Source: Toensbergia leucococca (Eukaryota). Taken from it: a stretch of 64,000 nt of DNA. This document shows, in pieces, positions 11,303-23,110 of the stretch; position 1 is the first letter of the stretch; each line of letters opens with the position of its first letter. The translations under genes and the position numbers were made by a program. The DNA is taken from the NCBI GenBank assembly GCA_022813965.1, contig JALDZS010000073.1, positions 1 to 64,000 of the forward strand. Reading direction: 5' to 3'. The notes under the pieces were generated by a model, which worked only from the letters and a program-made list of their open reading frames with translations, was not told the DNA's origin and did not search any database.

Positions 11303-12321
11303 TCATTTTCGAGTCGAGGCTTTGGTTATGGCGCTGCGGCCACTACTACCAGTCGCACGGGAGCGTCGTGTGCCGATATTCATTGACCGGAACAGAGGTT
11401 GTAACGTTGGCACACAGGCAGCTATGACGCCAAGGTTCAGTTCGAGTATCGCAGCGATAGCGACCCCTGTGATATCGTCTGCAGCAAATCAGAATGCACT
11501 TGGGCAAGACAGCTGCTGCCACTTACATGAAATATCATCTGCATTAAGGGTGTTAAGGTAGATTGACCGGATGATATTACAGGCTGTAGCCATGACGCCG
11601 ACACTCATCAAGGACCAGATGACAATCTTGATACGCCTGCGAATCTGAACATTCCAGAGAATGAATATGGGCGATATCGTGCAGAAGGCATCGGTCAGGA
11701 CGGAGAACACGCTCTGAGCATAACCAAATTGACTGAGTTGGCCCGGTTTGAAACACGTCCCTGCCTTTGTGGGATTCCAAAGCTTATCGGCTGGGATGCA
11801 TTGAGCTGCTATAGCACAATCCGTGATGAGATTGACGACCGTCATCACGCAAATTGTTGCCCATATGACGATCTTTGTTCTCTTGTCATTCTGAATCCGA
11901 AGGATAAAAAGCAGAATAGAGACCTTGACCATATTGACCGCAATTATATTGACAACTTCATACGGATAATTCCACTTTACCACTTCTAGTGCCTGGAATC
12001 TTGGATCAGAAAGGGAGTACATATGTTTTCCAGCACCGACGGAAACCATCATGGTGACAAAAGCAGCTCCAAGAACAGTAAGAATCTGAAGATGTATTAT
12101 TGATAAGCACAATTTATCAGCGTTGACCAAAGTTAAGTACTTACCAGAGCAGCGACAATGCATGTGTCGTCCCATCCGTAGCTCCGAGTGATATGCAGGC
12201 GAATATAAATCCTTAAACCTACAAGTAGCACCCCTAGCGAAAGTGTAGAATAGTAGACGGCTAACAAGACAGGACCGAGATTTTTGTCTTCAGCTGCAGG
12301 GGAAGGAGGAATAGCTACCAT
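11303..12321 (-). CDS. Pth11-like/SAT4-family rhodopsin-domain integral membrane protein; stops at TGA 11305-11303, although the frame stays open to 11048
   Basis: Three exons. Motifs LRIYIR...YGWDD, GAGKH, VKVSILLFILRI, QCIP...W...GTC, TD...P...LWNVQI and ELNLGVIAACVPTLQPLF. No CFEM domain is seen. Confidence 0.85.
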
Positions 12322-13187
12322 TCTCAAGTAAGAACTATGATACAAGTCTCGTTGTCTGATGGAAGTGAGTGAAAGGGCTTGTTGCAAATGATGGAGCTTT
12401 GAAGAAACACTTTGCTAATTGATTTAAAGGAATAGAAGCGGTTTGAATCCGCTTGAGCATGAGCATAGCCGATGAATGCAAGAGCTGAAATGCAGTCTCA
12501 ATTTGAATGAACAGCTGTGTTTGGTCAGAGTACTACCTATCTCCCTATTGTTAGATAACCAGTCATTTTTCCCAACTTGAAGCTGTGCATGCATGGCCCA
12601 ACGACTTAGCGTACAGGGTAGAACTTGAAAACATGGGGTCTCGAAGGCTCATTCTCTGTGTGATTGTGGACAATGTGCTCAAGACCAGCTCATTAGTGCG
12701 GCAAGCGGGGCTTGCATTTGTGCAACCCCAAAGATTAGGCTGAGCATTGTGAGATCGCGGATGAACCCGCACCAGATACTTGAATTAGTCTCAGTTGGCG
12801 TTGATGGTCGACCATTTTCTCGGAGAGGCTTCTTGGGGTGCATGAATAATTGCATGGAGCTGCTGCTGACAACCGTTCATGTGCCTTGATCTCAGTCTCA
12901 ATATAGAATACTGTGCAGCTATTCTGAGTTTGGCTGACAGCATTTCTAGCCAATTGTCTGTCGCGTTATAGAGGGTGAGGATTGCGAGTGCAGGCGAAGC
13001 AACCAGACAGCGAGGCATGTCCTTCTGACTTGCCATAAACTCACATGATTGAGGAGGGAGGAATGGAGAGAGTGACACCCTGGGGTGGTGATGTGAAAGA
13101 GCTATGACCGTCCTCCCGTCCTAGATTAAGCCCTGTCCAACGTCGTCGCCACGCTCGTGATGCTTGAAAACATATCAATACGATTCA

Positions 13188-15038
13188 TCAAGACTTCTTT
13201 ATATAAATCTTCTCCTCCGAATTCGGCAATTCCTCTTCACGCTTCCTCTCGACTTCAGAGTGCCTTGCTTCTTTCTCCTCTTTACGCTTCTCTGTCCTTA
13301 CCCTCCTTTCTTCCCTCCACTTTGGTCCCCATTTGGCTTCGACCCAAAGTAAAGGACTTGTAAAAAACACAACTGCCGCAACAAAGGTGAAACACGGCCC
13401 CCTTCCCATGGCATCGACCATCTGAATGATGACTGCAGTACCACCAGCACCCACCAGACACCTGACTAGATTGTTCGCCGCCGTGGCCGTTGCAGGACTC
13501 AAGGGATATAAATCAACTAGCATGGTGCTCATAACGTTGAACGACCCCGTCAGGCATAGACCCATGATAAACTGTAATATCAAAGGAGCCGCAAGTTGTG
13601 CATTTTGCTCCATCGCCCAACCATAGCATAGAATAGCTGCGATCCCAACGTATAGAAGTGGCCAGACAACTTGAATTCGCGCCTTCTCGATTGGAAAATT
13701 TTTCATGTCATCGCCTCGTTTGCGATCGATGATAATCCCTGCCTGCTTGGCTACACGCCTATAATTCCAATCCATAAGATAGCCACAAACTATGGAAGCG
13801 ATCGTACAGCCGACGCCAAATGGAATGCTACGGTCCTTGTTATTGTACCATTCGTGCAAAAATGCGCCATTGAAATACTCACTAGCATAAACCTATCTGT
13901 AATTCGTTGAACCCGTATATCTCGGCAAACAAGCTGGGGATGCTGGCTAGTACGTCGTAGAAGGCTGTATACACTAGAGAATTATATAGGAGAAGTATGC
14001 CGACGTCCTTCTCCAGGATGATATGTACAGTCTTGAGAGGGTTGGGCCACTTCAATTTTCTCTTCCTCGCGAGCTCTGCTTGAGCCAATTTCATTTCCTC
14101 CCGCGAGATCGTACGGTTGAGTGTCTGACTCTGTTCGATCTTTCGAGATTCTAGATAGTTCAACACTGACATATTCCAGCCCTGAGGAGGGATTGATCCG
14201 TTGCCTACGACGTTTCGTCCAGTCTCAGGGAACGTAACTAGGAAAGGAATGATGAATACTACGGACATGATGGTCAGAAACCAAAATATAGATCTCCATC
14301 CTAGGAAAGCTGAAAGTATCCCGCCCAGAACAGGCGCTATCGTCGGCGCGATCATTGCTCCACTTATTGCATAGCCTTCGATAGTCAATCAGCGCTATGT
14401 ACAATCACCTGAAATCACATCAGCATGGGCGCACCAATATATGTCCCCCTTTCTGAGCTCGTAGCAATATCTGCTACAACACCGTTCCCTAATGCGATAG
14501 TCCCGCTACTCCCAGAACTTTGAAGACATCGTAGCAGAAATAAAGCAGCGTAATTGTTCTGTAGGGCTAGCCCAATGTTTGCACCAATATAGATGACGAA
14601 GCCCACCAAATAGGCAGGTCTTCTACCGCCCATATCAGCCAGATCACCGTAAATGGTAGGAGCTAGGCCCTGAAATATCATGTAAGATGTCAAGGTCAGA
14701 TTGATGAGCTCATTTGAGACTTTCAAATCTTTGGCAAGAACGTTGAGAGCAGGAAAGTAGATATTGGCCGAGAGAGGAGAAAAGAAGCTGGCCCATGCAG
14801 TCATGAAAACAATGTACTGCTTCTGGCGCTTAGTGAAGACTGAGTGGACGGGTCCTTCAGTAGACGGACGGTCGAGAGCTTCAAGGTCTGTAGGGACCTG
14901 GTCTGCTCCATCATATTTCTCTGGCAATTTTTCATTGCTGGCCGTGGAGGGTGTGCCAAGCGGGTCTGGGACATATTGATTGCGCATGGGCTTTTGATCA
15001 TCTTGAATTGGTGGATTGGGTGAATTGGGTTCGGACAT
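13188..15038 (-). CDS. MFS drug:H+ antiporter (DHA1, Qdr-like)
   Basis: Three ORF segments joined by two introns. Motifs FFSPLSANIYFPAL, GDLADMGGRRP, LRCLQSSGSS, ERG, GWRSIFWFL, PET and ATAANNLVRCL. Confidence 0.9.
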
Positions 15039-15730
15039 TTCATCAGGGCTGGTGGCGACGAGGTTTCGTTTGTGGGGTGACTGATGGGCTGAAAATATGG
15101 CCCTGGTGGCGGAATCTCTTTTCAAAAGATAATAGAGACATGATTGCAGCAGATAGTGATGTCATATGAAAGTGAGGAGAGTCTTTTGATAAGGTGACAG
15201 ACTTGAGCTGTCGTGCTCTTCTAGCTCCTAATGAAATTGCCGTTTACCCGCACAGAGGTGGTGGTGGTGGAGCAAGAGGAGTACAACGACCGCGTTCCTG
15301 AGGGACACACGTATTTCTGAGTATCTTACTGAAATTTGTTGACTACACTCTAAAGGCCTGAATCAGTTCCACCATCCATAGGTGAATAGGTAAGGTGATG
15401 GATGATGAGGTACATGTGATGGAACGTGACGGTATTGCAACTGGGTAGGTTGAGTATCAAAAGGGGATGTCAGTGTATCATTACCCTCAAGCTAATGATA
15501 CCGGTAATCGTGAAAAACTTCAGTCACAGTGATAACCTCGTTGAATATTCAGGAAATATCTATGTCCTTGAGGATCCGTAAAACAAGGAGATGACATTAA
15601 ATCGCCATCGCGAATAATGCAGGTGTGCATGAGTCGACCCGGATGAACTTGAAGCAATAAACGGAATCTGAGAAGAAGAGCCTCAAAATACAAATCCAAT
15701 GCAAAATCCACATCTGCATACCGAGTGCGC

Positions 15731-15748
15731 CTGAGTCAGCTGACTCAG
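15731..15748. promoter_or_regulatory. Perfect 18-bp palindrome made of two AP-1/Gcn4(CpcA)-type sites
   Basis: CTGAGTCAGCTGACTCAG is TGAGTCA plus TGACTCA. It lies about 50 bp upstream of TATAAA (15800-15805) in the divergent MFS/reductase intergenic region. Confidence 0.6.
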
Positions 15749-15891
15749 ATCAACCCCAGGCGATATCGAGAAGGGCTCAAGATCAAATAGCAATGCCAAT
15801 ATAAACTAGACCCTTCTCATCACCTCCTTTGCATCCCAAAATCTTCATTTCTCTCTAATACCCACTCGCTTTCTCAATCACAACAAAAAAA

Positions 15892-17141
15892 ATGAAAGAA
15901 GTCATCATCAACCCCCTCCCAACACTCACGGCATCTCTCCAAGAAGCCCCCATCCCCATCCCCGCCGACGATGAGCTCCTCATCAAAGTCCTCGTTGCCG
16001 GAAGCAACGTCAAAGGTATATATTGCTTCACCGCGCACTCCAATTTCAAATTCCGGAACATATTAACAGAAAGAAACCTACAGATTGGCTCCACATCACC
16101 GCAAGAAAAGTCTCCATGAACAGCGGCGATGACGCAGCAGGCATCGTCTACGGCATGGGCAAGACAGCAGCCGCTACAGGCGAATTCAGAGTGGGTGATC
16201 GAGTTGCCGCTTTCCACCCCATGATGAAACCCGGTGGGACGTATGCCGAATTCACCGTTTGCCCTAGCCATACCGTTTTCATCATCCCTGCAAACACGAG
16301 CTTCGAAGGTGCGTATGTTTCATTTCCAAACTCCCCCCAAAAAATCCTCGCCCAAGAGTTCTAGAGGTACTATCCATGCACAGAAGCGGCCACCATCCCC
16401 CTCGTAACATTAACAGCCGCACTTTCCCTGTTCCAACGCCAATCCATCCCTCCCCCATGGAATCCCCGTAGCCCCAACTCCCCCCCAATCCCTCTCATAA
16501 TCTACGGCGCATCCTCCGCTCTCGGCAGCTTTGCCATCAAGCTCGCCAAAGCCGCCAACATCCACCCTCTCATCGCCATCTGCGGCGCCACTCAATCCTA
16601 CGTGTCTTCCCTGCTCGACGCCTCCGCTGGAGACGCCCTCGTAGACTACCGGAACGGAGTCGAGGAGATGAAAGCTGGGGTCGAGCAGGCGCTGAAAGGT
16701 CTTGCGGCTCGGCATGCGCTGGATGCCATCAGTGCCAAGGGGTCCTGGATCCCGCTCGCGCAGATGCTGGATCCGCACGAGGGCCAGGTTTCCGTTGTGG
16801 CGGGATCGAATTCCTACGATGAGCCGGAACTACCACGGGGCGTGGAGATCAAGTATACCTATGTTGGAAGCACGCATTCCGGCGCGTACATGCCCACGAT
16901 GCCCAAGCAGCCCGAAGACGCAGAGAGTGTCAATGGAGATGTCGACTTTGCGTTTATGCTGCTGCGCTTCGTGAGTCGGTTGCTGGCGCGTGGGGATTTT
17001 GAAGGCCATCCGACAAAAGTCGTTCCGGGAGGACTGGACGGGGTGGGAAAGGGGTTGCAGAGGCTAAAGAACGGTGAGGCAAGGGGTGTTAAATATGTTT
17101 ACCGGATTGAGGACACGATGAGCTTGAGAGAAGAAAAGTAG
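15892..17141 (+). CDS. Zinc-independent MDR oxidoreductase, trans-enoyl reductase-like (LovC/ToxD type)
   Basis: Three exons (introns at about 16016-16083 and 16309-16383). Motifs GSNVKDW, NSGDDAAG, GDRVAAFH, EEAATIPL, the NADPH loop IYGASSALG and GGLDGV...KYVYRI. Confidence 0.85.
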
Positions 17142-17330
17142 GAAGGAAATGTGTCTTTGCGGATGTTTCAATTTGGGTTTGCTGAGCCCGCTCCATATGT
17201 ATGATGCTGTAGCAAATGGAAAGAGTAATCAGCGATTTTATGAGATATGTACGAGATAGATAAATATCAACCCAGTTCACTTGGGATCAATCTTTCGCAA
17301 TGCATCAAGAGTACCATAGTGCTTATCCAC

Positions 17331-19948
17331 CTAAAAAAGAAGCAAATCACCATTCCCACCGCCAATTTGCGGTTGATACACCTGCTGAGGATGGTTCTGG
17401 TTCACAACGTATTGCCGCTCCCCTGCTTCCCCTCCGGTCGGACTTCCGCCAAAGCCTTCGTCTTCTATGTTCATTGCCGCCATCTGTTGTGCATTAAGAC
17501 TTGAGAAGTATAGGTCCGCGGCGTCTGCTGCAGCAGCAACATCGCCGTTGCTTGAGACTGCTTTATTGTTAGCCATGACTGGAGGTCCAGAGCCATTTAG
17601 CGCTGGCAGTGATTTGTGAGCCTCGGTAGCGACGGTGGTGGGTAACCGGTGCTTCTGTAGAGCGGGGCTATCCGATAGCTTTCTCGGCCTGGCAGACCTG
17701 AACACCTGTTGCACCGGCTTCAGATACACCGTCGCTAGTGTCCCAACGTTGAGACACATCTCTTCCAATGTCGCCGGGTCCAGCTTCTCTGACTCGGCAG
17801 TGATTGCAGGCTTTTCGCCCATCACAACCTGCTTCGCTATTGCTGGATCCGAAGAAAGTAATCTCCAATACATATAACCCCGATCCCTCAAGTCCGGATT
17901 GTCGGTCTCTTCGGTGGCCCACTTCAATACTTTTGGTACCAGATCTTGTCCTTTTGTAGGTCGCTGGATGAAAAGCTTTACCGTCGCCGTGAGCAATGCC
18001 AGTTGCACTTCGACCGGCTCATCCGCAAAAGAGAACAGGAAATCATCTAACAAAACGTCGGAATTATCGATTCGATCGGCGTACTGTCCGATTACCCAGA
18101 TCATTGCTGCTTTTGCTTCTGGTTCGTCCAAAGAATCTAGGTTCTCGCATAATATTGAAATTATCGACTCGTATCGATTGGGGTATTTTCTGAAGATATT
18201 CCGGATGACGACCGTCGCTTCTTGGACAATGTAGGAAACCTTTGTGGCGACCAATTCGAGGAGGGAGTCTATGCAAAGTTGTGCTGCTGGCTCGATTTTG
18301 ATAGCTAATTTCCCGATTGCTCGTACAGATTTACGCACAAAATGGACGTCAATCTCTGTCGCGTACCTAAAGGAGATATTAGCAAGATCCACAGAGTGTC
18401 ATCAACTTCCGAGAGATGCATACTCCCTCAATTCTGTGAGCACTTCTTTGATGTTCTTTTCCGTTGCCAGCATGAAAATTAATTCTAATTTAGTAACCTT
18501 GACGTATATCGGGTCGTTGTATTTACAAAAGAAAACTCGGATGTCATTCCGCAATACTTCAGGTCTTCGCTGGAGAATCAACAAGGCGTTGCGGAGTGCA
18601 AGGTATTGCACTTCTGACCCTTTCGCTAAAAGAGTGACAAGAGGCGGAGAAAGCTTACGACAAAGGGAGGAAATCTGCTTTTCGTCGGCGATATAGTTCA
18701 TCAAGTACAGTACTACACGGGTACACGTCAAAACAACAGCAGAGTTCGAGTGTGATAGACGTGGGGATATTCGCTCAGCGAGAAGCAAGGCTTCAGCTGT
18801 ATCTTGCGGGACGTATGACATGAGAGCTTCCAATATATAAGTCTGGCCCCACCTGAACGCCAAATCAGCTTGGAATAGCGTTGTGTTCGATCATTACATA
18901 CTCGGAACAGTCAGGCAAGATTTGAATGATTTTCGAAGCACTTGCGTAATCAATTGTCAGCTTGATAGTTTCACTCCTCTCCCATATGTCCATCAAAGCT
19001 GCTAAAGCGCTCGCAACGACAGTCGGATTATTATCTCTGAGCATGCCATTAAGCCTGTCGATCAGGTCTGAGCCTTCAATAAAGTGGCGATCGTGGTCGT
19101 AAAGCTTGGCAACGGCAAATGCTGCAGTCTTTCGTACATATGGATCTGGGTCCTTGAGTAATAATTTAATTGGTGATACTGTAGCCTCGACAAATTCGCG
19201 GACATGAATGTAAGACATGGTTCGAAGAGCAAGGGCTCGTACTAAGGGATTGCTGTCTTCCATGTCCTGTACCATACCTAGCATCAGAGACGGAATCAGT
19301 TCTGTATGGCCGTAGAGAGCTTACCTGAACAAGAATTGGAAGAGTCTTCAAGGCAATATCAGGCTTCATCCGGGCGTAGTTGACCAAGAAGAGGAAACAC
19401 CTATTAGATGATCAGAAATCGGTCCCAAACACAATGTCTCCACATCAGTCAGACGATCTAGACGCACATTTTCTTGATTTCTAGGCTCGGGATTTGCATA
19501 CAATTGACAACATCAGGAAATAGTGCCACCATGTCATTGTTGCTCATTGTCATATTGGCTACGATTTTCTTCAGAGCAATCTTCTTGGCCGAATTGTTCT
19601 TGTCCTTCTTGCCACCACTGTTGAGCTCAAGTCGTAGTTCTGCTACTTTGCCCTGCGGCGAAGACGAAGTTGGTAAGCCCAAACTCATAGCCGGGGACAG
19701 ATTGGAACATGCAAGAAACAAGCTGAAGGCCATGATGGCTACTTCAAAGTGGACAAGCAGGTAGAGTACAATCGGTTGTACAGAGAAATGATCGAATCAG
19801 GTAGTAAGATATATTCACAGGTACACATAGTATTTGAAACATTGTTTGAGTCAGACAGGCAGCTCTGATTCATAGACAAGACTCGGTGGGACCTCGTAGG
19901 AAATGCACATACCCTTGCAAAGAGCTTCGCATCTCCTCCGGAAGACAT
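17331..19948 (-). CDS. APL1: AP-2 adaptor complex beta subunit
   Basis: Multi-exon gene. [30 protein letters not shown]...[30 protein letters not shown] and [15 protein letters not shown]. The C-terminus is short with no appendage domain. Confidence 0.9.
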
Positions 19949-20260
19949 GGTCAATCAAGGGAATATGGGCTCTCGCGACCAGTTTTATCACATGACTTGG
20001 TGCACTTTCAGACTCTTTCCAGCCAAGACATAGTTGCTTTGACTATTCTATGCTCATCACTCGAGCATGTCTCACGTTTCTCACTATGAAGCCGAGAAAT
20101 CCTAGACACGTTAAACTGTCGTAGGGCTGACAACTCTAGTTCTTATCGGAGATCAAGCCATAGGTATTCTATCGCCGTTTACCGAGTACCGAGTAGCCTG
20201 AAATAGAAGTAACATTAATCGGATGACAGACCCAACTTCAATCTTCAACCTTCACACATC

Positions 20261-20933
20261 ATGGCGCGAGAAGCAGCTTCACCTCCCCCTCCACCCCCAC
20301 AATGGGTCGTCGACCTCAATTCCACCCCTAAGCCCAAAACCAAGACATCCAATATACCAGATCCCCCGGGTTACTCAGCATCCATCCATGGCAAGGTACT
20401 ATCCTTGCAATCTATCCGAGGTGGTCTACAGAAAGTTGACACACCATCCAGCGCTCTGCAGCCTCTAAGCAACAAACGCGCAAACCCCCCACCACCGAAG
20501 AAACCGACACCCTCAAAATCAAGAAATCCTGGGAATTAGCCCTCGCCCCTGCAAAAGCCCTACCTATGAATGCTGTAATGATGTACATGTCCGGGAACTC
20601 GCTCCAGATATTCAGTATCATGATGGTCTTCATGCTGTTCAAGAACCCTATACAGGGACTCATGCAGACCAATCAAGTCTTCACCAAATTTGAGACCGAA
20701 GGGACGAGGAAGACGTTGTGGATGGTCAAGGCTATGTATGTTTGTATGAACTTGGTGGCACTGGGCTTGGGTATATGGAAGGTCAACGGGATGGGGCTCC
20801 TACCGTGAGCGGCCCGCATCAAGCAAATAACAACTTCCAAATCGCTAACGGATCCAACAGGACAACGAGATCAGATTGGTTAGCATGGGAAACTGAGCGA
20901 GTCCCATTAGAAACGGCTGTTTTTGCTTTTTGA
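20261..20933 (+). CDS. EMC4: ER membrane protein complex subunit 4
   Basis: Three exons. LKIKKSWELALAPAKALPMNAVMMYMSGNSLQIFSIMM and MGLLP|TTRSDWLAWE. Confidence 0.92.
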
Positions 20934-21965
20934 AAGACTCGGCGCGCTTAAAAATCGTTTTTTCTTGCCACGTAGAAAATAAAGAGTCATTTTTGACAGC
21001 TAAGCTATTCACCCACCTCTCCAGGCTTTCTTGTGTGTACAATTCCATTTCATCAGGGTCCTTGAAGCCTAAGCTTCCTCTCTGTTCTCGCAGCTTATGA
21101 ATCCTGTTAGATACCTAGCCATTCTCGTCGCCCTTGTCTCCATACGAACAGCCCCCTTTCTTCAGGCTTATTGATACCACACATTTCCCTCTAATCTTGC
21201 AGCTTCTTTATACTTGTTGTGTTGTGTGTTGCACCGCGATGGGCTATAAACTCTGTAGAATAGATGAAGGACACAACGATGATGGACTGGGGCTGCTTAC
21301 TCTAGACTAGCTGTGGAGAGAATGAAGTCAGTGACTTTGGTGAATGATTAATAGTAGACAATATAGGTACTCGTGACGGATTCCGTCGAATCGGACCCCT
21401 CTCAGCGTTTGCCCTCCATTGAAACACAGAATTGTGATCAGGATGTGCAAGAAATGACTGGCTCTGTTGAGCGTTGGTGTTCGCGTATTTTCCTAAATAG
21501 TGCTTATATATGAAGTTAAGAAATTATGCAAATGAAAATTTATAAATATGTATACTATGGTGGTAGAAGAGAATAACGAAGTGGTAGAGACGAGGGTGAT
21601 GAACTTGAGAAGACGCAAGGAGTGAAGAAAGAAATTGGTCGCGGTGGAAGAAGAGTTGAAAAATGCGAAAGGATGGAGAAACAGTGACAGAAGGTCCTGG
21701 AGAATGATTTGTCCAAATTCATGTTCAATGAAGCCACTCAGAAATGCATCACTCCATTGGAATTAGTATGCGAAAAGAGCGGAGAGCCATAGCCTAGAAG
21801 TACTACAAGCAATTATTCTCTCAACCCAACCCCTAGATTTGGCGTATTCAGTGGCCACCGCTACCTGAAAACATGGGCTTCAGACAGCACCAATGAGTAC
21901 TGGTGATTTATTGACACGCGGCTGCTTTCTAGCAATGGCATCACAATCCGACCACTCCTGTATCA

Positions 21966-22630
21966 TCAAGCTCGGCGTTGTTGCCCTGGCAGGGGTTTGA
22001 ACCCCACGCTATCCATCCACTCCTTCTTCCTTCTCGCCAACGCCTCCTCCATGTCAGGGTTGTCAAGACCTACCCTCTCTCTCCATTCTTCCAGCTCCTT
22101 TAGTGGTCTAAAGCCCACGCTGACCATCCATTGCTCTCTCATTCTTGTCAACTTCTCCTTCGTCTCAGGATTGTTTAGACCCATCCTCCGCTTCCATGAT
22201 TCTAGCTGCTTCTTGTATGCCTCGGCCTCCTTTTAATTTTCGAGTCAGTATTAATTCAAGATCAGTCTAAGAGATATATGCTCACATCTCGCTCCTGCCG
22301 TTCCTGCCGTTCCCGCCGTTCCTGCCGTTCCTGCCATAAATTTCTATCCGCCAACCACTGCATCCCCAATTCCGCCGAGATCTTGAGGTGCTCTTCATGC
22401 CGCCTCTTAAATAGCTTGAAGCGGTCCTCGAAAACAGGTGTGTAGCCCTCCTCCTCTGGCTTCATGTCCAGAGCATAGCCTCGGAGCCTAGCATAGAGTG
22501 CTTGTTTCTTACGAGCTTTATTCACAATAGCTTGGCCTCGATAAAGCTTCTTGTCGCTGGAGGAAGAGTCAAGACCCGCTTGGTAAGAGCGCATTGACTT
22601 CTTAGGAGACGAGTCTGTCTGGTGGTCCAT
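21966..22630 (-). CDS. Orphan-like hypothetical protein with QER repeats and two ~36-aa C-terminal repeats
   Basis: Exon 22630-22286 and a phase-0 intron at 22285..22230 (GTGAGC...CTGAC...AAG) join exon 22229-21966 in frame. Confidence 0.6.
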
Positions 22631-23110
22631 TGCAGATGCCTATGTCTGAAATTAGAAGTAGTAATTATGGATTAGCCGCAGGAACTTTTGCCACTGACAG
22701 AAAATTTTTACGGAGAAAAGATCTGGACGATGGAGGTATGTCTGCACTGGAAAAATGTTATCAATGGTAGAAGTGTCTAAGATGCGGCAAGACGGGAATG
22801 AAAAGTTGTATGCCTGTACTCCGAATATGTTGTGAACGTAGAAGCGTCTTGAACGCGAAACACAGGAATGAAAGGTTGTATGCCTGTGCTGTGAAAGATG
22901 TTGTCAACAATAAAAACGTATAGAAACGGCAAAATGAGGATGGTAGACTTGTATTCCTGCGCTGGAAAACGCTACTAGCAGCGGTTTGCAGTATCCTGAC
23001 ACAGTCCACGACTCCCGCTGATTCCTCACCTGCTATGCTCAAATCACACTCCGAGACTCTGCAAAGTTTTCGTCTTGTGTAAAGACTGATCGTCACGCTT
23101 AAAGGCTACC

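Noticed and set aside
12560..13080. Short ORFs between the Pth11-like gene and the MFS gene
   Set aside because: No motif or coherent splice model; probably promoter or terminator DNA.
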